Shown: in pieces, positions 16,524 through 24,688 of the stretch
Numbering within the stretch: the stretch's first letter is position 1
How the letters are laid out: every line of letters starts with the position of its first letter
Assembly: GCA_029259185.1 (NCBI GenBank)
Contig: JAPDJF010000020.1
Coordinates: 1 to 24,804, forward strand
Direction of reading: 5' to 3'
Origin: Hadesarchaea archaeon
GTDB taxonomy: Archaea; Hadarchaeota; Hadarchaeia; Hadarchaeales; WYZ-LMO6
Length of the DNA stretch: 24,804 bases
Position numbers and translations under genes: made by a program
The notes under the pieces: generated by a model
Told to the model about the DNA's origin: nothing
The model's input: the letters and a program-made list of their open reading frames with translations, nothing else
Databases searched by the model: none

Positions 16524-17297
16524 TCAGCTCTTGGACCTCTTTCTCACCGTGGAGGATAGTGCCACGACTTCACCAAGTTGGGTACCGAGCTGGGTGGGAC
16601 TAACCACGATCATATTCTTCTCTCTCGCGATTTCGGTAAGAGTCTGAAGTTCCCGGAGCCTCAGCGCGGCGGGGTTCAGTTGGTATTCCTTCGCAGCCTC
16701 CGCCATGCGCTTTGCTGCTTCGAATTCGCCTTGGGCCATTATAACTCTCGACCTTCGCTCCCTCTCAGCTTCCGCCTGCTTGGCTATCGCCCTAAGCATC
16801 TCTTCAGGCAGGCTGACATCTCGAATGGTGACGGCACTAACCTTTATCCCCCATGGGTCGGTCGCTCTATCGATGAGGTGTTGAAGTTTAGCGTTCAGCT
16901 CGTCGCGCTTGCTCAGGAGTTCGTCGAGTTCAGATTGCCCCAAGATGTCGCGAAGCGTCGTCTGTGCGAGAAGGCCTGTGGCCATGATGTAGTCTTCCAC
17001 TTTCATCACCGAGTCCGCTGGGTTCACCACCCGCATGTAAACGACCGCATCAACGTCAACGCTCACGTTATCTTTGGTGATCACCCGTTGCTTCGGTACA
17101 TCCAAGGTTATAGTACGGAGGTCTATTTTGACGAACTTCTCCAGACCTGGGATGATCAAGAATATTCCCGGACCTTTCACCCCAACGAACCTGCCGAGTC
17201 TGAATTTGACCGCACGCTCGTATTCCCGGACTATCCTCAAACATGAGGTGAGGAACAGCCCTACTACGAAGATCATTCCAGCGATTACGTCGATCAT
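16524..17297 (-). CDS. Stomatin/slipin (SPFH, band 7) protein
   Basis: IVREYERAVKFRLG, VITKDNVSV.VDAVVY, ATDPWGIKV, QAEAERERR, LRLRELQTL; own BRE/TATA (AAAAGCTATATA) at about 17330-17341. Confidence 0.95.
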   Translation of the reverse strand: MIDVIAGMIFVVGLFLTSCLRIVREYERAVKFRLGRFVGVKGPGIFLIIPGLEKFVKIDLRTITLDVPKQRVITKDNVSVDVDAVVYMRVVNPADSVMKVEDYIMATGLLAQTTLRDILGQSELDELLSKRDELNAKLQHLIDRATDPWGIKVSAVTIRDVSLPEEMLRAIAKQAEAERERRSRVIMAQGEFEAAKRMAEAAKEYQLNPAALRLRELQTLTEIAREKNMIVVSPTQLGTQLGEVVALSSTVRKRSKS

Positions 17298-17353
17298 CGA
17301 GTCCTCAAGAGTTCCAAAGGTCACGCGTGTATATAGCTTTTCGGTTAGAGGGA

Positions 17354-18097
17354 TCAGACCTTCAGCTTCCAGAGTTCCGGAAGGGGCAGACATCCCACTT
17401 CCACGCTTATCCCCACCGCTTTCAGTTCGTCAATGTTTGTCATCTCACGCAACACGGGGGAGAGGAGTTCCTCTCTGGGTATCAGGTTCACTTCACTTCC
17501 CCCTGCTAGGGTGGAGAAGGCGGGGAGAACCAAGAGCCTTTTGTCTTTCATCCTCCCGTAAAGGAAGCAGTCTACCTTCTCCTTCGTTCCTACCTCGTCG
17601 AAAAGTGCGATCGAAGGATGCTCATGTCCCATGACCACATACCCGCTCCTACTCTTGGACAAGCTTGGGGGTGCACGATGCCCGTGCAGGAAATAAAAGT
17701 CATCCATCTCCAGCTCGTCGAAGAGCTTCGCCCCGTGCTTCCGGGTGATCCTGATCAGATAGTTATCGTGGTTTCCTTTGAGTACGAGGACTTCGTCGAA
17801 CCTCTCTCCGAGGAATCCGAGGAAATCTGAGACCTCGACAAACTCGTGGTAGCTGGTCTCCGAGAATTCATGCTTTACATCACCACACACGATGATCGTG
17901 CTTGCATCCTTCTGCTCAAGGATCGACTTCAGAGTCCTCATTTCCTGCTCGAACTGAACCTTTGGGACGAAGATTCCCTGCTCGGCCATGATCCCCTCAT
18001 ACCCGAGGTGCAGGTCTGCGATCACTATTGCGTCCAGCTCTCGGATGTAGGCCGCGGGGTAAGGGGTAATGATCTCGATCTTCTCCCAAAGCTTCAT
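17354..18097 (-). CDS. Metallophosphoesterase (Lhr-associated, calcineurin-like)
   Basis: ADLHLGYE, GDVKH, GNHD, HGH, GHEHP, LPAFS motifs. Confidence 0.92.
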   Translation of the reverse strand: MKLWEKIEIITPYPAAYIRELDAIVIADLHLGYEGIMAEQGIFVPKVQFEQEMRTLKSILEQKDASTIIVCGDVKHEFSETSYHEFVEVSDFLGFLGERFDEVLVLKGNHDNYLIRITRKHGAKLFDELEMDDFYFLHGHRAPPSLSKSRSGYVVMGHEHPSIALFDEVGTKEKVDCFLYGRMKDKRLLVLPAFSTLAGGSEVNLIPREELLSPVLREMTNIDELKAVGISVEVGCLPLPELWKLKV

Positions 18098-18100
18098 GCT

Positions 18101-18817
18101 TCACCTCAAGAGTACCACCGTCAGGATCGCCAGCCCCGCGGCGGTTTCTTCCTCAGGCAATCGTCTGAGTCTCTTCAGAAAGCTTTTGCTGCTGGTGACC
18201 CGCTGCACGGGGTCTACGTAGAGGAGGAAAGGAGAGGGCGATGTGTCCCCTCTTTGCAGCCTCCAGTACCTCCGCTTGTCCCCCGCTATTCGTTCCCTCC
18301 TCTCCCTCACCAGCTCATGTGGATCCCTCACATGCCACAATCTCCGTGCCCCCTCGACGCTCCATTGGTAGAGGTCAAGGACACTGTAGTCGGCTATACG
18401 CATGTGGAGCTTCAAGTCTCGCGGCTTGAGTTCGACCCTTGATTCGACGCGATCCACCTCCAGTGGTTCTAGGAGGTCGATTACATTCTTCCCCACGCCG
18501 AGGATAGGACTCACGTGGACAGAGGCGAGTACCACCCCTTCCGCCACGATGCGTTCGACACCGAATTCGGACTCTATCAGACGAGTGAGTTTTATGAGCC
18601 CCTTCACCGGGTACGCGAGTTCGACGAAAGGCTTGCCTCCCAGATGTTCCTCGAAGCAGTCCATCCTCCGGTCGAGCATTGAGGGAGAAACCCCGACGTT
18701 TCTGTACTTGAACCTCCGCACGACTGAGTCCAGAAGCCCTTTCACCCCTTTTTCGTCCGCGTCGAACAGTAGGATCCCTCGCAGATTCTTGACCACCGCA
18801 GCGTATCTGGAGAACAT
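18101..18817 (-). CDS. Hypothetical protein (238 aa) between lhr and the metallophosphoesterase
   Basis: Long ORF with protein-like composition; 1-bp gap after the lhr stop and 3-bp gap before the MPE start; no motif recognised. Confidence 0.8.
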   Translation of the reverse strand: MFSRYAAVVKNLRGILLFDADEKGVKGLLDSVVRRFKYRNVGVSPSMLDRRMDCFEEHLGGKPFVELAYPVKGLIKLTRLIESEFGVERIVAEGVVLASVHVSPILGVGKNVIDLLEPLEVDRVESRVELKPRDLKLHMRIADYSVLDLYQWSVEGARRLWHVRDPHELVRERRERIAGDKRRYWRLQRGDTSPSPFLLYVDPVQRVTSSKSFLKRLRRLPEEETAAGLAILTVVLLR

Positions 18818-18818
18818 T

Positions 18819-21473
18819 TTATTCCCCAGTCCTCTTACCGATGCGTTTCATAACGGCCTCGTAGAGCTGGAGCAGACGCTTTTTCCTGTCTTCCATCAAG
18901 ATCACGTCGGCATCACCCAAGAGGATTAGGTTGTGTGCAAAGGGGCTGGGAACTTCCGTTGAGATGACTTTAGGCCTGAGCCTCCCTTCCCTCAACCACC
19001 TGAGCACGAGTTCAGCACGTTCGACGTCCATGGTGTCCCGCAGGATCTCCCGATAGGTCTCCTTAATTATCGGGAAATCCGGGTCTATCCCCTCGACCAC
19101 GTTCAAAAGGGTCTGCGAGCTGAGCTGTTGTTTGCTTACGCTTATCTTGTATCCTTTGTAGTTCCGGAGCACGAGGAAGCTGCGCGCAGCACAGTGTCGG
19201 AAACGACGCTTCATGAGTTCCGTGCGGCGGATGTTTTTCCTCAGGAGTCGGTTGAGGTCGCAGTCCGAGAGTTTTCCGACGAGTTCGGCGACGTTCAGCT
19301 CCTTTCTTCCGGGCAGGAGCATTGCGAAGCCGTTGTCGCTTAGGATGACAGCGACATTCGCTCCGAGCATGTCGGAGGCTATGATCCCTGCGGCCCTCGA
19401 GAGGGCCTCGTTCACGCGCCTTCCGAAGAGAGAGTGAAACACGTAGTACTTCCTCCCCTTGAGGTCGGAGGTATGCTCGATGAGTAGCTCCCGGCTCGAA
19501 GGGATTCCACCCGTGAATTCGTACTGCTCACGGAAGTATTCATAGAGAGAATTGGCGGCCTTCTCGTCCACGGGATAGTTCTTGAGCAACCACTCCACGA
19601 TTTTTCGTTTGTTCTTCCCACGTTTGAGCATTCGCCCCACTCGATCTCGGAACTTCTGAACCTCGAGCGCGAGATCGAAACTGAGCGGGAGCATCTCTGA
19701 GAACCACGCGGGAATGGTGGGAACGGCATCCGCTGGAGCCTCGTCAACGAAACACCTCATCCCACGAGCAAATCTGAAGCGGTACATCTTCCCCCCGAGT
19801 ACGAAGATGTCACCTGGGCGGAGGCGCTCCAAGAACCCCTCTTCGATTCCCCCTATGTAATGGCGGTCGCGGTGGCGGTAGACATCTATTTTCACCTCGT
19901 CAGGGATTGCACCTAAGTTGAGGTAGTAGATTATCCGTGTGTATCTTCCCCTCCTTCCAAATGTTTCCTCTCTCTCGTCGTACCAGATCTTCCCGTAGAC
20001 CGCACGATCCTCTAGTGAGGTGTAGTGTCCTGCGAGGTAGCGGAGCAGGGAGCGGAAGTCTTCCTCGCTGAGGTCGCGGTAGGGATAAGCGCGTCTTATC
20101 ACCTTGAGAGCCTCTTCCACCCTCCACCTCCGCGTGAGCGCCATCCCTACAACGTGTTGAGCTAGGATGTCGAGACAATTTGATGGCATGTCTATCTCAT
20201 CGAGTTGTCTGCGCATGGCGGAACGCAGCATGACCGTGCACTCCACGAGATCATCCCTATCGAGCACGATCACCCTCCCCTTCGCCACATCTCGAAACCT
20301 GTGGCCACTCCTCCCTATGCGTTGCACCGCACGTGTCACGCTTTTTGGTGAGCCTATCTGAACCACGAGATCCACATGGCCTATGTCTATGCCCAGCTCT
20401 AAACTCGTGCTGGAGATCACGGCCTTCAGCGTTCCATCCTTCAGACGTTTCTCGACATCTAGGCGGATATCACGGGAGAGCGAGCCGTGGTGGGCACCTA
20501 TGGTATGCTCGTTGTACTTGTGGGGCCAAGTTTCCTTGAGATGGTACACCACTCGTTCGGTGCCACTGCGCGTGTTCGTGAAGACTAGGGTCGTGCGGTG
20601 GGAGCTTATCAACCCATCAAGGGTTCGATAGAGAGCGGCGTTACACCTTGCGGCACTCGTCTGCACGAGGTTTCTGACGGGGCTCATCACCTGCAGGTCG
20701 AATGGTTTGTACCAGCTGACGTCAACGATCGAGCAGCTACGTGGTCTCCCTCCGTCGTACCCCACGAGGTAGCGTGCTGCGCGCTCGAGGGGGTGTAAGG
20801 TCGCCCCAAGTCCCACGCGCTGGAACTCTGTACCAACCTCCTCGCGCAGGCGCTCGAGCGAGAGGGCGAGGTGAACTCCACGTTTGTCGTTCGCAAGTTC
20901 GTGGATTTCGTCTACCACCACCCAGCGCACCGTCCTCAAGTGTCGGACGAACTTTGGGGCATTGAGGAGTACCGCTATGCTCTCGGGAGTTGTGACCAAG
21001 ATGTGGGGAGGTGACTTGAGCTGCTTCTGCTTTTCGTGGGGGGAGACATCTCCGGTTCGGACAGCTATCCTTACCTCAGGGAGTTCGACTCCCCGCTCTC
21101 GTGCTATCTCCCTGATTTCCTTTAGAGGGACGAGGAGGTTCCTCTTTATGTCGTTGTCGAGGGCTTTAAGGGGGGAGACGTAGATGCAATAGACACCCTC
21201 CGCGAGTTCCCCTATCTCACCGAGTCCGAAGAGGTCGCTCAGGATCGACATGAATGCACTCAAGGTTTTCCCCGAACCCGTGGGGGCGGTGATTATCACG
21301 TTCTTCCCCTCGGAGATGAGCTTGAAAGAGTACTGCTGGGGAGGGGTGAGTTCTCGGAAGTTCCGTTCGAACCACTCTCGCACGTACGGGCGAAGGCATC
21401 CCAGACTCACTTCGTCGGGGAAAGGTTTTTCCACACGCTCCAGCCCCAGCCACTCGTCTAGCTGTGCATGCAT
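18819..21473 (-). CDS. lhr: Lhr-family ATP-dependent SF2 helicase
   Basis: APTGSGKT, SPLKALDNDI, VRTGD, TTPES, DEIH, SLELGIDIG, QRIGRSGH, IPAWFSE, PSPFA. Confidence 0.95.
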   Translation of the reverse strand: MHAQLDEWLGLERVEKPFPDEVSLGCLRPYVREWFERNFRELTPPQQYSFKLISEGKNVIITAPTGSGKTLSAFMSILSDLFGLGEIGELAEGVYCIYVSPLKALDNDIKRNLLVPLKEIREIARERGVELPEVRIAVRTGDVSPHEKQKQLKSPPHILVTTPESIAVLLNAPKFVRHLRTVRWVVVDEIHELANDKRGVHLALSLERLREEVGTEFQRVGLGATLHPLERAARYLVGYDGGRPRSCSIVDVSWYKPFDLQVMSPVRNLVQTSAARCNAALYRTLDGLISSHRTTLVFTNTRSGTERVVYHLKETWPHKYNEHTIGAHHGSLSRDIRLDVEKRLKDGTLKAVISSTSLELGIDIGHVDLVVQIGSPKSVTRAVQRIGRSGHRFRDVAKGRVIVLDRDDLVECTVMLRSAMRRQLDEIDMPSNCLDILAQHVVGMALTRRWRVEEALKVIRRAYPYRDLSEEDFRSLLRYLAGHYTSLEDRAVYGKIWYDEREETFGRRGRYTRIIYYLNLGAIPDEVKIDVYRHRDRHYIGGIEEGFLERLRPGDIFVLGGKMYRFRFARGMRCFVDEAPADAVPTIPAWFSEMLPLSFDLALEVQKFRDRVGRMLKRGKNKRKIVEWLLKNYPVDEKAANSLYEYFREQYEFTGGIPSSRELLIEHTSDLKGRKYYVFHSLFGRRVNEALSRAAGIIASDMLGANVAVILSDNGFAMLLPGRKELNVAELVGKLSDCDLNRLLRKNIRRTELMKRRFRHCAARSFLVLRNYKGYKISVSKQQLSSQTLLNVVEGIDPDFPIIKETYREILRDTMDVERAELVLRWLREGRLRPKVISTEVPSPFAHNLILLGDADVILMEDRKKRLLQLYEAVMKRIGKRTGE

Positions 21474-21550
21474 CAACTCCCCCTACAGCGTTCAGGATCC
21501 AAAAACTTAACCCAACACGGTCTCGCTACCACTAGATTCCCGAAAGGGAT

Positions 21551-21690
21551 GTGAACTACCCCCAGCTCTCGCAGGGGGCTTCCTGCCTCAGCGACGGAAC
21601 ATGTCCTGCGACCACAGCCGAAGCCGGAACGCGGGGTAGAGGCCCAATCTCCGCAGGCGTTCGCTCGGGCCGTCCCAGCTCCCTATCGAA
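21551..21690 (-). ncRNA. TnpB omegaRNA (reRNA) scaffold; predicted guide begins at 21550 (AUCCCUUUCGGGAAUCUAGU)
   Basis: GGGACGGCCCGA..ACGCCTGCGGAGA..CCTCTAC...GTCGCTGAGGCAGGAAGCCCC..TCAC layout overlapping the tnpB 3' end, as is usual for IS605 omegaRNAs. Confidence 0.7.
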
Positions 21691-22139
21691 TCCCTCAGGG
21701 ATCTGCGAAGTTCCCCTCGGGTTCACCTCCACAAACCGCCTACCAGCGCTCGCAGCCTTGTAGGCGAGCGCGTGGAAGAACTTTCCCCAAGAGGCGTGTC
21801 TGATCCCGACGTCGATCCCGACCGCCTTGCCCGTCTTCGGCAGGGGTTCCAATTCCCCCTCCACCTGAAATATCGCGTACCACTTGCCCGAGCGTTCGCG
21901 CTTGACTATAACCCCCTTCACCTTTCCCTCGATCACCTCGTTAAGCTCCGGGAGCTCGCGCTGCTTCAAATCGACGATGAGGGCCTGAGTATCCGTTCGC
22001 TTCAGCCTTATCCCCTTCTCATGCGCAAAATTGAGTTCGGAGGCAGGCGGTTGTAGAGCCACCTGCAAAGTGCCATGTGTCGATCCAGAGCGCGCTCGGC
22101 TGTCTTTGAAGGATACAGGCGGAACCTATGGCTAAGCAC
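21556..22139 (-). pseudogene. tnpB: tnpB with a frameshift and internal deletions
   Basis: MLSHRFRLYPSKTAERALDRHMALCRWLYNRL, frameshift near 22040, then GKWYAIFQVE, AVGIDVG (RuvC-I), ASWGKF..LAYKA, VNPRGTSQ; RuvC-II and RuvC-III motifs absent. Confidence 0.88.
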
Positions 22140-22265
22140 GGGCTTGCCTCACTTCTTTCTTTATCAGCTCCACTATTGCTTCATTGATGGTCTTGTCCTT
22201 CGTTATGATCCGCTTGAATTCCTCCCCCCCAACCTATCTTCAACTATGATGGTGTATTTCGTCAT
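22132..22265 (-). pseudogene. Small ribbon-helix-helix-like protein upstream of tnpB, frameshifted at a G7 run
   Basis: MTKYTIIVEDRL / EEFKRIITKDKTINEAIVELIKKEVRQARA*; beta-helix-helix pattern; stop overlaps the tnpB GTG; 5' part repeated at 1-37. Confidence 0.6.
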
Positions 22266-22368
22266 CACAATAGGTTACTAACTACTGTATATCGTTCCGC
22301 CTCTCATCCCTTCCCTTGCGGAAGGGGACTTCCCGGCGGTAGAGTTTAAAAGTGTTCGCCGAAATTCG

Positions 22369-22956
22369 ATGATGACGTTCTCAATCGTGGCCCGGGATCC
22401 TAGGAGGAATCTCTTGGGCGTTGCGGTGGCTTCTGGCTCTGTGGGTATTGGGAACCGGGTCCCCTGGGTGGAGGAGAGAGTTGGAGCGATAGCCACTCAG
22501 GGTTACACTGATCCCTCGTACGGATCCCGTGGTTTGAATCTCTTGAAGGAAGGGATGACTCCACGGGAGGCCTTGAGGCTGATGCTGATGGGAGATCGGG
22601 AAAGGGAGTTGAGGCAAGTCGTGATAATCGATGCGAAGGGAAACCGCGTCGCCCACACGGGATCCGAATGTCCGGCTTGGTGCGGACACCTCATTGGAAG
22701 GGATTTCGTGTGTGCGGGAAACATGATCTCAGGAGAAGCCACGCTTGAGGCTATGGCCAAAGCTTTTGTGGGAGGCTCTAGCTTCGAGGAGAAACTGGTT
22801 GGAGCACTTGAGGCCGGGGCAAGGGCGGGGGGAGACCTACGAGGAGAGAAATCGGCAGCGCTCCTGATCGCCGGTGAGAGATCCGTGTGGATCCGCGTCG
22901 ACATGAGTTCGAACCCCATCCTCCAGCTCAGGAGGAGCCTTGAGAGACGAAATTAG
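22369..22956 (+). CDS. DUF1028 family protein (Ntn-hydrolase-like)
   Basis: MTFSIVARD, GVAVAS, VGAIATQ, RQV..ID, AHTG..C, AGNM, AGGDLRG..SAAL, RVD. Confidence 0.92.
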   Translation: MMTFSIVARDPRRNLLGVAVASGSVGIGNRVPWVEERVGAIATQGYTDPSYGSRGLNLLKEGMTPREALRLMLMGDRERELRQVVIIDAKGNRVAHTGSECPAWCGHLIGRDFVCAGNMISGEATLEAMAKAFVGGSSFEEKLVGALEAGARAGGDLRGEKSAALLIAGERSVWIRVDMSSNPILQLRRSLERRN

Positions 22957-22978
22957 CGGTTCGAGTTTTTCTTCGACC

Positions 22979-23752
22979 TCACAGATCGCGGACGATCTCT
23001 AGGATGTGCTCGTGGATCCTCCCGTTTGAGAAGACGATGTCCGACCGTTCCGCTCTCCATGTGTTGCCCTTGAAGTCCGTGACCTTCCCTCCTGCCTCTT
23101 CCACGATCAGCACACTCGCCGCGATGTCCCAGGGTTCGATCTTGGTGGTGGCGTAGGCGTCTCCCCTCCCACATGCCACCCAAGCCGCCTCCAAGCCGGC
23201 GGATCCTAGCTTCCTGAGATCCTTCACCCTGGGGTAGATCGCGCAATTCACCCTCCTTGTTCTCACCCTGTTCCTATCTCCCCCCTCGCAGAAGTACACG
23301 TAGCATTCCTCCAACCTTTCGGTGGTGGAGACGGAAATACGCTCCCCGTTGAGGAATGCTCCTTTTCCCTTCTCGGCCGTGTAGAGCTCCCCGATCGCGG
23401 GAGCATAGGTCACCCCTAGCACGGGCTCTTTTTTCTTGAGGAGGGCTATGGTTACACAGAAGAGCGGATTGCCCGAGGCGAAGTTTGTCGTTCCATCGAG
23501 GGGATCCGCTATCCACGTGTACTCAGAACCTTTGTCGACGATTCCCGTCTCCTCGGTCCAGATGTTGTGAGAGGGGTACTCCTCCGAGATAGCGTTGACT
23601 ATCAGTTCGTCCGATGCTTCATCATAGCGGGTGGTGATCCCCTTGGCGGTTCTTCGGAGGTTAAGCAATTCAGGGTCTCTTCGAAAATTCGAAGCAAGCA
23701 CTTTTCCAGCTCGAGTAGCGAGTTCAGCCGCGAACTCCAGATCCGGTTTCAT
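22979..23752 (-). CDS. suhB: Inositol monophosphatase / FBPase family protein
   Basis: EE, WIADPLDGTTNFASG, RKLGSA, VACGRGD, PWDIAA..LIVEEAGG; start at MKPDL (23752). Confidence 0.93.
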   Translation of the reverse strand: MKPDLEFAAELATRAGKVLASNFRRDPELLNLRRTAKGITTRYDEASDELIVNAISEEYPSHNIWTEETGIVDKGSEYTWIADPLDGTTNFASGNPLFCVTIALLKKKEPVLGVTYAPAIGELYTAEKGKGAFLNGERISVSTTERLEECYVYFCEGGDRNRVRTRRVNCAIYPRVKDLRKLGSAGLEAAWVACGRGDAYATTKIEPWDIAASVLIVEEAGGKVTDFKGNTWRAERSDIVFSNGRIHEHILEIVRDL

Positions 23753-23850
23753 CTGACGAAATTTTGATATCCAGCTGATTAATGTGACGGAAAAGATCAA
23801 TAAAGAGATTTTCCTAGGTGAGCGCTTGGACTCGAGTGTTTTCCTCAAGA

Positions 23851-24500
23851 TCAGGCTGTTTCGGGTTCCAAATCTTTAAACCCTGAAACTTCTCCGCTCC
23901 CCTCCGCCGGGTTCACCTCATCGCTTATGCTCGAACACCCCGGCCTCACAGGATGCATCGCGGAGCTATCGGGGTAGCCTGGGATCCCCTCATCCTTGGC
24001 TCTTCTCAGCAGATTTATGCAGGCGTTCACATCTCGATCCAACCCGCACCTAGGGCACTCCTTCAGGGAACCTATCTCGCCCCCGCATCTGGAGCACCAC
24101 TTTGATGTGTCGTGCGGACTGACGTACTCGGGCACCAGCCCGTTGAGCCTGAACTTGTAATCGAGCAGGAACTGAAGGCGCCTGAAGGGCCAAGAGTTCA
24201 GCCTCCGCTTCAAGCGCTTGGATCTTTCCGAAACAGGCTGAACCTTTCCGGTGCGGCTGTTGAAGCGTTTGGACTTCCGGTTGACCGATTTCCTCACGTG
24301 CTTCAGGTTTTCGAGCACGGGCTTTAGTTTCTGATCTCCGCAGAGTGAAGCTATTTTCTTACTCGATTTATGGAGTACGTCGTCCACCCTGCGCTTCTCC
24401 CTCCTGCCGTACTTCGCCATAAGCCGTTTGAACGATTTCGACTCCCTCGGCAGTTTCGCTTGGATGCGCTCCCTTTTCCCGGCGTAGGTCTCCCGTCTCA
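23851..24500 (-). pseudogene. tnpB: 5'-truncated TnpB/Cas12f-like nuclease (C-terminal half only)
   Basis: DDVLHK, VLENL (RuvC-II), RLNSWPFRRLQFLLDYK, VSPHDTSKWCSRCG..CPRCG, DRDVNACINL (RuvC-III); no RuvC-I, WED or REC segment upstream. Confidence 0.88.
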
Positions 24501-24514
24501 AGATAGTATAACCA

Positions 24515-24545
24515 CTTAGCATAAGAGCCTATCTAGACTTGAAAC
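24515..24545 (+). repeat. Single CRISPR-repeat-like sequence
   Basis: CTTAGCATAAGAGCCTATCTAGACTTGAAAC shares ATAAGA...TAGA.TTGAAA with ~30-nt archaeal repeats; only one copy seen. Confidence 0.35.
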
Positions 24546-24594
24546 AACCTACTCAAGATGTTAACTGCCTCTTTTCCCCCAACCGTATCCCCTC

Positions 24595-24632
24595 ATCCTA
24601 ATGTATTGTGCATATGCACAATACATTAGGAT
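24595..24632. repeat. Perfect 38-bp palindrome with no loop
   Basis: ATCCTAATGTATTGTGCAT|ATGCACAATACATTAGGAT. Confidence 0.95.
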
Positions 24633-24688
24633 TGTTTCCCATTCATTTTCCCATAGATCCTCAAGCCCTCTCACACGCTTCACCTTAC

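Larger units (their letters stand above)
21551..22345 (-). mobile_element. IS200/IS605-family element (IS1341-like, no tnpA), internally deleted, both ends present
   Basis: Left-end hairpin after TTTAA (22346-22350); small RHH-like ORF; tnpB remnant; right end GAAG-CCCCCTGCGAGAGCTGGGGG-TAGT-TCAC. Confidence 0.9.

Noticed and set aside
24481-24660. CRISPR array
   Set aside because: Only one repeat-like unit; no second copy at spacer distance on either side.
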